From the IMG/VR virus record IMGVR_UViG_3300045988_093246, positions 1-44,640 of that record: 44,640 bases of DNA; one strand, 5' to 3'. This document shows positions 1 to 8,080 of this stretch, one piece after another. Source of the stretch: a virus. Position 1 is the stretch's first letter. Each line of letters opens with the position of its first letter. The position numbers were made by a program, and so were the translations under genes. The notes under the pieces are model-generated. The model was not told the DNA's origin. It saw only the letters and a list, made by a program, of their open reading frames with translations, and ran no database searches.

Positions 1-99
1 ATTTTTTTTTTGGGCTTTCATTTTTTTAATTTACCAATTTAAATTATGCTGATTATAAGGGCATTTTTTTAATTGCATGATTAAATTTTCTAATTGTGA
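1..99. repeat. Terminal direct repeat / circular overlap copy 1 (identical to 44542-44640)
   Basis: Positions 1-99 are identical to 44542-44640 by direct comparison. This indicates either terminal redundancy or a circular assembly overlap, and defines a ~44,541 bp genome unit. Confidence 0.9.
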
Positions 100-775
100 A
101 AATTTTAAAAAAACACTTGACAAGATTGTATACAATAAAAACGTGACAAAAAGTGAAAAACATTAAAAATAGTATGCGCAACCCATTTTATATATATGCG
201 CAATATACTTTATAGCCCATTTTCTACCATTTTATGATTTTGGGAGTAAATTTGGGAGTAAACATTGATATACCAAAACAGCATTCTTTTCATCAACTAT
301 TGCGGTGTTTTAAATAAACATAGTCGAAATACACTTGCGCACTATCATTTATATGTATGCGCATATCATTTTAACATTAATATTTAATTATGCGCTATTT
401 ATTTTATGCTTCTCCCTTGTGTTCCCTTTTTCTTCTCCTTCTGCTGGTGTTCTTCTTCTCCTGTTTGTGTTCCCTTCTCTCTTAGGTGTATAAGCACATA
501 TATAGCCTATAAAGCCAATATAAGCCCTATAAGAGATTATAAGCATATAAGAGGTAGAACAACACCAATATATATAAAAGTCTCTCATAATGGCTATATG
601 GGCCAAATAGAAGCATATCATCATAGAAGGATATAACAGCCCTCTTTATGGTACAACCAATCAATAGCCTTCATAACCTTAACCAATTGATAGCATAGCA
701 AGGATATAGCCCTAAATGGCTGAACAAGGTGTTCTAAGAGACTTCTATAATAGTTAGGCATAATAACACCTGCAT

Positions 776-806
776 AAAAAAAAACCTACAGAGGTTGTTC
801 TGTAGG
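776..806 (-). terminator. Rho-independent terminator ending the leftward transcription unit
   Basis: A 7-bp perfect stem (cctacag 785-791, ctgtagg 800-806) with an 8-nt loop is preceded on the plus strand by an A9 run (776-784), which is a U9 tail on the minus-strand transcript. It sits just downstream of the last small minus-strand gene. Confidence 0.6.
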
Positions 807-841
807 CTGTAGAAGTATTCAATTGTCTAATTATAATAAGA

Positions 842-988
842 TTATAATAGTTCTTTTAGTTTGGTTTCTAGCTTGTCTATATACTCTTGTACTACGATAT
901 TTTGAAATAGTTCATTCTGCTCGTATAAGTCAAGTAGTGTCTTCATTAATATTACCTTTTCATTCTGTCTCTTTTCTTCGCTGTTCAT
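842..988 (-). CDS. Small hypothetical protein (~48 aa, below ORF-track threshold)
   Basis: Hand-translated ATG ORF MNSEEKRQNEKVILMKTLLDLYEQNELFQNIVVQEYIDKLETKLKELL. An AAAGGAG SD lies ~10 nt upstream, and the ORF is followed by the intrinsic terminator at 776-806. Confidence 0.35.
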   Translation of the reverse strand: MNSEEKRQNEKVILMKTLLDLYEQNELFQNIVVQEYIDKLETKLKELL

Positions 989-1060
989 AATCATTATACT
1001 CCTTTTCTCTTGATTCCTCATCTGTCGAATCTGTATGTATCAGGCTTAGAGAGTCTCTGT

Positions 1061-1090
1061 AGCTGTTAGCTGTTAGCTGTTAGCTGTTAG
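1061..1090. repeat. Tandem heptamer repeat (AGCTGTT)x4
   Basis: Four perfect tandem copies of agctgtt in an intergenic region. Confidence 0.9.
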
Positions 1091-1239
1091 AAGCCTTCCT
1101 TTATCTGTCATCATATTAATACCTCTATAATTGTAATGCTGTATAAAAGCCTATATAAGGCTTGTAGTGGCTGTTACTGCTGTATAGGATAAATTGTACC
1201 TGTAATATATAAACAGCCCTTAGAATTGATATATGGGGC

Positions 1240-1617
1240 TTATAGAAGCCCTTTACGTTCTAAGAAGTCCTCTAAGTCTGCCATATATAGAATCAGTTCT
1301 GATAGCCTGTCTTGATTGATTGACACTTCTCCGTATTCATCTTCATCTGTAAAACGCTTGGCGGGGGTTGGAATGCTTGAACCTTTATTAATCTTATTCG
1401 CATATGACTTCGAATAGTAAGATATCAAATAAACTATAATCGGAATAGCTAGATAGATATAATCTAATCTTAATCTGACGCCTAGAAAATACATAAGATA
1501 CGGCAGAACTATATCCAATAGTGATGGTAGGTTCCTTATGTTGTTATCAAACCAATATCTAACGTTTCTTATGATGTCCTTCGTTATGTCTAGAATTATA
1601 TGAACTGTATCATGCAT
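1240..1617 (-). CDS. Hypothetical protein with predicted transmembrane segment
   Basis: ORF track, 125 aa; hydrophobic stretch LAIPIIVYLISYY. Confidence 0.5.
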   Translation of the reverse strand: MHDTVHIILDITKDIIRNVRYWFDNNIRNLPSLLDIVLPYLMYFLGVRLRLDYIYLAIPIIVYLISYYSKSYANKINKGSSIPTPAKRFTDEDEYGEVSINQDRLSELILYMADLEDFLERKGLL

Positions 1618-1623
1618 GTTGTC

Positions 1624-2055
1624 TTATTCTCCTTTCAGTTTGTCTAGTTTCTTTTGTCTTCGCTTCTCTGCTTCTGCAGGTTGTCTAACAGGTATGTTCT
1701 TGCTCTTTATCTCTGCCCATAGTTTAATGCATAGCTTAACGAACAGCTCATAGATAGACATAGCGTAAACCCTGCCTAACCATACGTGATTATATGTGGT
1801 CTTTACGCTTACGCTATACAGGCACTTGATAGAATCATCATAAGCTAGATTAATCCACTGCGGGGTTATCTCGTATTTATTGACTAGCATATAAACTAGC
1901 TTCTCTAATTTCTTCAAAGGTATCTGTACGTCCATCGGGTACTTCTTAAAAGGCTTTATCTTCCTTAATGTCTTGTCTATTGCCTGCCTTCCTTGCTGGT
2001 CTGAATAGTCTAAGTTTAATATGTGTTCAATCTTTGCTACCTTTCCAATCTCCAT
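1624..2055 (-). CDS. Hypothetical protein
   Basis: ORF track 143 aa; tightly packed with its neighbours. Confidence 0.5.
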   Translation of the reverse strand: MEIGKVAKIEHILNLDYSDQQGRQAIDKTLRKIKPFKKYPMDVQIPLKKLEKLVYMLVNKYEITPQWINLAYDDSIKCLYSVSVKTTYNHVWLGRVYAMSIYELFVKLCIKLWAEIKSKNIPVRQPAEAEKRRQKKLDKLKGE

Positions 2056-2160
2056 TATCTTATTTTCTCCTTATCTCAATCTTAATCTGAAAACATAAAA
2101 AGGAGTAGACTGACCGCCTACCACCTTAATTAGATTATATGACATTGTAACGTAGCTAGA

Positions 2161-2868
2161 TTAGATGTCCCATGATTCTTCATCATCTTCATCTTCTTCG
2201 ATGAATGCTGACTTATTAGGCTTCTTCACTTCTTCTGGTTCATCTTCAATGTCCCAATCATCATCGTCTTCTGCTTCTTCTACCTTCTTGGCTTCTGCCT
2301 CTGCTTTTGCTTCATCATCTTTCTTAAGAACGTCGATATAATATTTTGCTGACTTCTTTGTAGTTACTTTCAGACCTCTTGACTTGCATAGCTTGAATAA
2401 ATCGATGGCTTTCTTACCTTCATAGTTATTTGCTGTTTCTTCTGCTTCTGTAGGCTCTTCATCTTCAGCTTCTGCCTCTGGTTCTTCTGCAGGTACAGCT
2501 TTAACCTTTGCTTTTGGCTTTCTACCGCGTTTCTTTGGCTCTACAGACTTGTTTTCATTTTCTTCTGGTTCTTCTACCTCTTTGGCTGTTTCTTCTTCTA
2601 CGGGCTTATTTTCGGCTTCTTTAACGTCTTCTGCTTCTGCCTTGGAATCATTAGCTGTCTTCACTGCATTGTTTACTTTCTTGATTGTCAGATACTCGGG
2701 CATATACTGCATTAAATCAACTATCTCTTTTTCTGCCTTTGCTGCTAGTCTTGCAATCTTGATTGATAAAATAGGGAATCTTTTCCCTAAGTCTGCAATT
2801 GCTTCTGAATCCTTGCCTTCTGCAATAATTTCAACTGCTTCTTTTAAAGTATAATTTTTAACTGCCAT
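2161..2868 (-). CDS. Acidic protein with Rho_N/HeH-like DNA-binding module and W-containing acidic tail
   Basis: 235 aa, extremely D/E/K-rich. The segment KKAIDLFKLCKSRGLKVTTKKSAKYYIDVLKK resembles Rho_N/SAP-like helix-extension-helix domains and also the MTPLKLYKLCKEREI...KPAKYYINLL segment of the gp32-like SSB at 17306-18148. C-terminal tail ...DDDDWDIEDE...EESWDI. Confidence 0.55.
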   Translation of the reverse strand: MAVKNYTLKEAVEIIAEGKDSEAIADLGKRFPILSIKIARLAAKAEKEIVDLMQYMPEYLTIKKVNNAVKTANDSKAEAEDVKEAENKPVEEETAKEVEEPEENENKSVEPKKRGRKPKAKVKAVPAEEPEAEAEDEEPTEAEETANNYEGKKAIDLFKLCKSRGLKVTTKKSAKYYIDVLKKDDEAKAEAEAKKVEEAEDDDDWDIEDEPEEVKKPNKSAFIEEDEDDEESWDI

Positions 2869-3053
2869 GTTTATTTTCTCCTTCTGCTTTATATAGTCTT
2901 ATTTTAAATACTAGTTTTTTTCTTGTAGTTCATCCTTGATTCTACAATAGTTCATATAGCTTATGATTTTGCTTATCATTTACTTTTCTCATTTTTCTCC
3001 TGTAGGTACAAAACAAAAGGTTTACCGATTGGCAAACCTTAGAATTGATTTTG

Positions 3054-3362
3054 TTAGAATACGAAAGTGTAGCCTTTCCATTTGTTGTTTACTGCTTCAA
3101 TCTCTCTACTCATTTCATTCAGAACTTCTGCAAGTCTCTTCATTGCGTCGGTATCCAAACAAACCAGCTGCATGAATGTAAGTCTAAATTCAACATTGTA
3201 AACTTGATTAATATTTAAGTCTTCGTCCTTAAATCGGATACGTGCTATTCTATGACCAAATCCGTTTTTAAACAAGCACATCTCTAGCTTATCTCTCAAG
3301 TCTTTCTTGATTTCGCTCACTTCTTTAAATGTTATTCTTTTTAATAGTTCTTCGTTTGTCAT
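3054..3362 (-). CDS. Hypothetical protein
   Basis: ORF track 102 aa; preceded by the conserved promoter/leader element. Confidence 0.5.
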   Translation of the reverse strand: MTNEELLKRITFKEVSEIKKDLRDKLEMCLFKNGFGHRIARIRFKDEDLNINQVYNVEFRLTFMQLVCLDTDAMKRLAEVLNEMSREIEAVNNKWKGYTFVF

Positions 3363-3455
3363 AATGTTCTATCCGCCTTTTCTAAGTATTCTGTAAGTTC
3401 GGTTCGCTTACCTCTGTTACAATCACTATTATTGCGCATTTATGACATCTGTAAA
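3363..3455 (-). promoter_or_regulatory. Promoter plus conserved hairpin leader, copy A (family of 3)
   Basis: Minus-strand -35 TTTACA (plus tgtaaa 3450-3455), 17-nt spacer containing TGCGCA, and -10 ATAATA. An upstream A-rich UP-like tract follows. The leader carries a GTAAG...CTTAC inverted repeat and a ...TTAGAAAAGG RBS region, homologous to 6937-7023 and 13738-13859. Confidence 0.5.
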
Positions 3456-3521
3456 GAGTTTTTTAATTTTATTTTAACCAATTCTAATTTTACCTATTTA
3501 TTTTGATTCTCTTTATTTTGT

Positions 3522-3788
3522 TCAGTCTGCCCACATTTCTTTATCTCCTTCTTCTGCTACCTTGTCAATAGCAACGTTTAGAGCATTTCTCAGGTTATAT
3601 AATCCATCTAAATTATCAATGTGTAGCGCACCTTTCATAAAAACTTTTGTACCATCTGCCTTCAACTGCTGGGCTACAGTGAACCCGCCTTTTGAACACT
3701 CTGAAATAACAATGTTTCTGTTTTCTGTAATTTCTGCATTAGATAATTCTGTATAATGCGCTTTTTTATAAACTGCTTTATTTTCCAT
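3522..3788 (-). CDS. Hypothetical protein
   Basis: ORF track 88 aa. Confidence 0.5.
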   Translation of the reverse strand: MENKAVYKKAHYTELSNAEITENRNIVISECSKGGFTVAQQLKADGTKVFMKGALHIDNLDGLYNLRNALNVAIDKVAEEGDKEMWAD

Positions 3789-4169
3789 TTAATTTTCTCC
3801 TTCTTCTGTTTCTTCTTCATCTTCTTCAATTTCCGCCTGCATTAGAATTACAAATTCTTTTGTTTCTTCTGTATTTAACGGCAATAGGTTCAAATTATCC
3901 ATTTCAATATAATCATTTAAACCGTTAAACTTGATTCTGCTTTCACCATCGCCATCAACTTGAATCTGCTTAATTCTGAATGCGCCCAACTTCATCGGAT
4001 GACCGTTTGGAATCTTAGCCTTGATACTTACATCGTTGTTTAGCATCTGCATCAGTTTGATTGTGTTTGTTAGTTCTGAATAGCTAGCCTTGAGTGTTAG
4101 ATTGACTGAACCATTAGCGCTCAGGCTGTGACCGCTATAGCTAACAACCTCTTTAATTTTTAAGTTCAT
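3789..4169 (-). CDS. Hypothetical protein (start trimmed to internal Met MNLKIK...)
   Basis: The ORF-track version (to 4238) overlaps the upstream gene by 68 nt. The internal ATG at 4169 abuts the upstream stop at 4171, which is the more plausible start. Confidence 0.4.
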   Translation of the reverse strand: MNLKIKEVVSYSGHSLSANGSVNLTLKASYSELTNTIKLMQMLNNDVSIKAKIPNGHPMKLGAFRIKQIQVDGDGESRIKFNGLNDYIEMDNLNLLPLNTEETKEFVILMQAEIEEDEEETEEGEN

Positions 4170-4170
4170 T

Positions 4171-4653
4171 TTACTTTGCTGACCTTCTTTCTTTTTTAAA
4201 CTTCTTCTCATTTTCCTCATTAAATCTAATACGTGCACTTGAACTAGATTTAATTTTTCTTCTTGTTTTTACAGTTGTTTCTTCAACGTCTGAAACATCT
4301 AAATCTAAAAAATCATTTTGACTTGTATAAGTTCCTGTTTCAATATATTCTGCTATATCCGTAAGCATATCGGGCTTAACCAATAAATACACCTCGTTAG
4401 ACTGCAAGAACTGAATAGCAAACACGGGCATTTTATGACATACACCCGCATTATAATCTAAAACGTCAATATCTCTTTTATTTAATTTAATGCTTTCCTT
4501 ATCCGTGCTTTTCAACTGACATATAACCGCGTCTGATATACCATCCTCTTTTTCTACCCAACCGCTACCGCTGTTTTTTGTAGGCTTCAAGCCTAAACTT
4601 TCCATAACTTCCGCTTCGTTCTTTCTGTAGAATCTGAATGACCTTTTCATCAT
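4171..4653 (-). CDS. Hypothetical protein; weak nuclease-like motif
   Basis: 160 aa. EDGISD...CQLKST is faintly reminiscent of PD-(D/E)XK/VRR-NUC-type motifs. Not firm. Confidence 0.4.
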   Translation of the reverse strand: MMKRSFRFYRKNEAEVMESLGLKPTKNSGSGWVEKEDGISDAVICQLKSTDKESIKLNKRDIDVLDYNAGVCHKMPVFAIQFLQSNEVYLLVKPDMLTDIAEYIETGTYTSQNDFLDLDVSDVEETTVKTRRKIKSSSSARIRFNEENEKKFKKERRSAK

Positions 4654-4656
4654 AGT

Positions 4657-4998
4657 TTACATACCTCTTATAACGTCTGAAATAAGAAAATCATAATCGC
4701 TTTTGGTTTGTATCTCCTCTTTCAAGTACAAATCAAAATATCTAAGCCCTACCGCACATATAAGGCTTAAAGTCGCTTTAGAATTAGGCATGATATAATT
4801 AAAGTTGTATACTTGACTGTCTGCGTCTCGTGTCCTTTCAATTATAACGCGCATATTCCATTGATTCTCATTTTCTGCACTTCTGAAAAATTCAAACCTC
4901 TGTAGCACTTCTTTTTTCTCATTTCTCAAGTTGTACGTAAAATACATACACGTCTTGTCTAGATACATTCTATTCTCTAAATCTTTCAATGTCAACAT
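4657..4998 (-). CDS. Hypothetical protein
   Basis: ORF track 113 aa. Confidence 0.5.
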   Translation of the reverse strand: MLTLKDLENRMYLDKTCMYFTYNLRNEKKEVLQRFEFFRSAENENQWNMRVIIERTRDADSQVYNFNYIMPNSKATLSLICAVGLRYFDLYLKEEIQTKSDYDFLISDVIRGM

Positions 4999-5000
4999 CT

Positions 5001-5306
5001 TTATTTAATTTTCTCCTTTTTATTTTTATTCTGCATATCCTGCTCATACAGCTTATAAACGTGTTGCGCTATATCTAACAGGTATCTATAATCATAATCC
5101 GTTAGTCTCTGCGGTATGCCGCAACCTGTAGAACCGTCAGAATCATAGAATACATAATAGTAGGTTGATTGTTCGAGTTCCTTTATATCTGCGCTTTTCT
5201 GCATTTCTAACAACTGTATGCATAATTCATCGAAACTTTCATCGCTTATACAGTTTACATTCAATTCATAACATAGCAAGCTATGTATAATGATTCTGCG
5301 TTGCAA
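5001..5306 (-). CDS. Hypothetical protein
   Basis: ORF track 101 aa. Confidence 0.5.
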   Translation of the reverse strand: MQRRIIIHSLLCYELNVNCISDESFDELCIQLLEMQKSADIKELEQSTYYYVFYDSDGSTGCGIPQRLTDYDYRYLLDIAQHVYKLYEQDMQNKNKKEKIK

Positions 5307-5377
5307 GTAGCTTATTTTACACTGTCACACCAATATATGCATGGGGCTTTATTAAAATTAATCATGATACAGACTTA

Positions 5378-5662
5378 CTACCTCTTCGCGCTCTTGCTTG
5401 CTCTAGCTTTTTCACGCTTCAAGCATCCACATGATAGCGTTGTTCCTGCCTGCAGCACACAACGTCTTACAACTACAAAATTACCACATTCACATTGGCA
5501 CAAATAAAAATGACGCTTTCTTAGCAGTGTTCTTTTGCTCTTCAATGAATAATCATCCTTATACCCTGCATAACTGATGACTTTTAATCTGCCAACCTTC
5601 TTACCGATTATATCGTTAGGGTTTATTTTCATCGGATAAATATATTTTCCCTGCGTATACAT
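5378..5662 (-). CDS. Small zinc-ribbon protein (CxCxCGN...SCGC motif)
   Basis: 94 aa. CQCECGNFVVVRRCVLQAGTTLSCGC is a Cys-cluster motif of the kind seen in small phage DNA-binding or HNH-associated proteins. Confidence 0.5.
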   Translation of the reverse strand: MYTQGKYIYPMKINPNDIIGKKVGRLKVISYAGYKDDYSLKSKRTLLRKRHFYLCQCECGNFVVVRRCVLQAGTTLSCGCLKREKARASKSAKR

Positions 5663-5800
5663 TTTGATTTCTCCTTTTCCTTTATATTTAATTTAGCCTA
5701 TTTAAGCGTTCTAAGAGATGTTTTACATTGATTGGTGTATTTGTACCTCTGATATGTCAACACCTCTTATAACGGCTATATTAGGCTTATAACAGCACTT

Positions 5801-5829
5801 AAGAATAAAGGGTTGACTTAGCAACCCTT
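5801..5829 (-). terminator. Hairpin / candidate terminator at end of AAA ATPase gene
   Basis: An 8-bp perfect stem aagggttg (5808-5815) / caaccctt (5822-5829) with loop acttag spans the gene's stop codon. On the minus transcript it is followed by a UUAUUCUU tract. Confidence 0.4.
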
Positions 5830-6936
5830 TTTAACTTCTCGTAAAGCTTTATGGTATCTTGAGTGTCCTACCATTGTAAAGGTATTGATTGTATCTTTGT
5901 CCAATCCTTTTACAACTGCAATCTTCATTGCTTCTTTTAGTTCCATCCCGCTCTTTTCTAACTTCGTTATCATCGTGATACATCTGTATGAGAATGTTGC
6001 TCTTATACCCTTGAAAGTTGCTTCATTTCTTAATTCATGGATAAATTCGACTAACTCTGTATTGTTGTTTGAGATTGATAATTCAATGTTTCTAGAATAA
6101 TCAAATTCGATAATAGCGAAACGGTCCAAAGTTGCTTGGTCTAGAACCATTCGACCTGTATATAGCTCGTCTGCCCCGCTACCTACAGTATTACCTGCTG
6201 AAACAAAATGAACCTTTTCACCAAAATTCAAGCGACCACAAGGAAATTCAAAATAACCATTTGCAATAGAAGCATTTAATAATACTAATACTTCTGGTAT
6301 GCTTGCGTCCATCTCGTCTAAGAAGAAGACCACATCTTTTCCTTCGCTTGCTTCTTTACAAGCCTTAAAGAATTCTGTTTCATGATACTTACCGCCTGCA
6401 TCAATGAATCCTGTTAGCTTGTATTCCTGCTGAACGGAATTACTAAAATAGAAATTCCATCCTAGTTCATTAGCAATCTGTTCAATTGTAAAGTTTTTAC
6501 CACTGCCAGCAGGTCCTGCTAAATAAACAGGTATTGAATTTTTTAAACAGCACTTGATAACATCATATTTTTCATGTTTAGCTTGCTTAGTTTCTTTCTT
6601 CTGTTCTTTAGGCTTTTCAGTTTTAGGCTTCTCAACCTTAACAGCTTTCTTTGCTGTTATTTTTGGTAAGCTGCCATTTTCACTGTTTGCAGTTCTTCTT
6701 TTTCCGCTTGTGCTGTATACCTCTCTGATTTCATAAGGCTTGTAATCTTTCTTGTTAAAATACACGTAACAACCTTCAACAATCACATATCCTTTATAAT
6801 ACTTACGTACATAGGTAAACTGCGCACCTGTCTTTTTAAATTCAATTGTGATTGCAACCTTACCACGCTTTGTAGAAGGTTCAATCTTTAAAACCTTGAA
6901 ATTAACTTTTCCGTTTTCTATTACTTTGTTTTCCAT
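5818..6936 (-). CDS. AAA+ ATPase, MoxR/CbbQ-like (AAA_5) with N-terminal extra domain and Lys-rich linker
   Basis: 372 aa. Walker A LAGPAGSGKN (atypical Asn after GK) and Walker B VVFFLDEMDAS. N-terminal ~75 aa domain followed by a K/E-rich linker. Confidence 0.65.
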   Translation of the reverse strand: MENKVIENGKVNFKVLKIEPSTKRGKVAITIEFKKTGAQFTYVRKYYKGYVIVEGCYVYFNKKDYKPYEIREVYSTSGKRRTANSENGSLPKITAKKAVKVEKPKTEKPKEQKKETKQAKHEKYDVIKCCLKNSIPVYLAGPAGSGKNFTIEQIANELGWNFYFSNSVQQEYKLTGFIDAGGKYHETEFFKACKEASEGKDVVFFLDEMDASIPEVLVLLNASIANGYFEFPCGRLNFGEKVHFVSAGNTVGSGADELYTGRMVLDQATLDRFAIIEFDYSRNIELSISNNNTELVEFIHELRNEATFKGIRATFSYRCITMITKLEKSGMELKEAMKIAVVKGLDKDTINTFTMVGHSRYHKALREVKKGC

Positions 6937-7023
6937 ATTTCTTAACCCCTTTTCTAAAGTACTTGTAAGTTTTGCTTACCTCTCTTACAGATATAATTAT
7001 ATCACATCTGCGCACTTTATCAA
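6937..7023 (-). promoter_or_regulatory. Promoter plus conserved hairpin leader, copy B
   Basis: Minus-strand -35 TTGATA (plus tatcaa 7018-7023), 16-nt spacer containing TGCGCA (7009-7014), and extended -10 TGaTATAAT (plus attata 6996-7001). Leader hairpin GTAAG-caaaa-CTTAC (6966-6980), then TTAGAAAAGGGG RBS and ATG at 6936. Confidence 0.6.
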
Positions 7024-7096
7024 CGGGTTATTTAAAATAATTTAAATAAATTCAATTTTGCGCTTAATTTTCAAAAGGGGCTTTTACACCCCTGTT

Positions 7097-7924
7097 TTAT
7101 AAGTTTTCTAAATCTTCTACGCTTGTGATTTTGTTTACATCTTTTACTATTGTATCAGGTAATAATATTTCATTTTTATCAAGAAATTCTCTAAGCGCTC
7201 CGCCCTTAATGGGATGACCATATTCACAGCTGAAAGCTTCTGTAACTTTTGGGTATACCTCGATAAAACGGAAAAATAAACGTCTTAACATAGATGGATG
7301 AACCATCGGGAATGCTAATTTTGAAACATTCAATTTCTCATTGGCATTCTTTATACGTACCTTCACAATGAATCTTCTTGTTCCTCTGAAAATACCTAAA
7401 ACTATATTCAAATTGCATCTATATCCTTGAGATTCTAAGCGTTTCACAATCTGCATTGCTTTTATGCTTTCATCTTCAATTTGCTTAGTTGTTATATACG
7501 CGCTGTAAGTAACGCTTTTGTTTAGCGTTATTATTTTCTGTTTCACGCTTACCATTTTGGAATTAACCATGTTTTGCGGGCATCCATTCAAATAAAGCGG
7601 TACTATTGCTTGATACCCTTGTACGCTTAAGATTGTTTTTGGTCTTCTGTTGCTTCTTAAGTTCTTATCTGCAACGTTCAGCTTTTGTGTTAACTTGGTA
7701 GACATATCAACCCAACCGTTTTTGAAAAGTTTAACCGCTTCGTCAAAACTGTAGGTCTTTGTAAAACTTTCTGAACCTGTCTCGCTTGAATGACTATGAT
7801 GTTCAAACGTCTTGTTGTAAGGCGTGTTCATAATGTAATCGTAAAACTCTGATAGGCTGTTATACTCGATAACCTCTGTTATACACTTGTCTGTTGCTTT
7901 TTGTTTTAGTCTTGTTACTTTCAT
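7097..7924 (-). CDS. Hypothetical protein (276 aa; start revised from ORF-track 8080 to 7924)
   Basis: An AGGAG SD lies 8 nt upstream of the internal ATG (MKVTRLKQ...). The ORF-track N-terminus runs through a pair of 30-bp direct repeats that look regulatory. The gene immediately precedes the AAA ATPase and may be its partner. Confidence 0.5.
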   Translation of the reverse strand: MKVTRLKQKATDKCITEVIEYNSLSEFYDYIMNTPYNKTFEHHSHSSETGSESFTKTYSFDEAVKLFKNGWVDMSTKLTQKLNVADKNLRSNRRPKTILSVQGYQAIVPLYLNGCPQNMVNSKMVSVKQKIITLNKSVTYSAYITTKQIEDESIKAMQIVKRLESQGYRCNLNIVLGIFRGTRRFIVKVRIKNANEKLNVSKLAFPMVHPSMLRRLFFRFIEVYPKVTEAFSCEYGHPIKGGALREFLDKNEILLPDTIVKDVNKITSVEDLENL

Positions 7925-7934
7925 TTTGTTTTGC

Positions 7935-8010
7935 TCCTCTCTAGCACTCTTTGTGATGTTGTTTTCTAACTTGCAGACTTTGTGGTGTTGTTTTCTAACT
8001 TGCAGACTTA
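7935..8010. repeat. Two tandem ~33-bp direct repeats (tgttgttttctaacttgcagactt) upstream of gene 7097-7924
   Basis: ctttgtgatgttgttttctaacttgcagacttt, then gtggtgttgttttctaacttgcagacttat. Located just upstream of the SD/ATG at 7924. Confidence 0.8.
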
Positions 8011-8080
8011 TAGTACCACAAATAAATAAACTTGTAAAGTATTTTATTAAATTATTTTTAAAACTTTTTACACATAACAT

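Noticed and set aside
406-636. Plus-strand ORFs in the ORF track (e.g. 406-636, 2549-2854, 5283-5507, 11921-12601, 14605-15332, 24167-24946, 25064-25909, 26354-27109, 28024-28488, 29188-29625, 30422-30907, 31414-31905, 34437-34780, 36105-37091, 37779-38084, 38559-38822, 41341-41670)
   Set aside because: All lie antisense to strong minus-strand genes or within repeat-rich non-coding DNA. Their translations are low-complexity (Ser/Leu/Phe-rich mirror images of Lys/Glu-rich genes) and they lack RBSs. No plus-strand gene is supported.
2056-2160. Weak hairpin GGTGGTAG...CTACTCC followed by T5 after gene 2161-2868
   Set aside because: Stem is imperfect (about 4 bp plus a G-U pair). Possibly a weak terminator, but not convincing.
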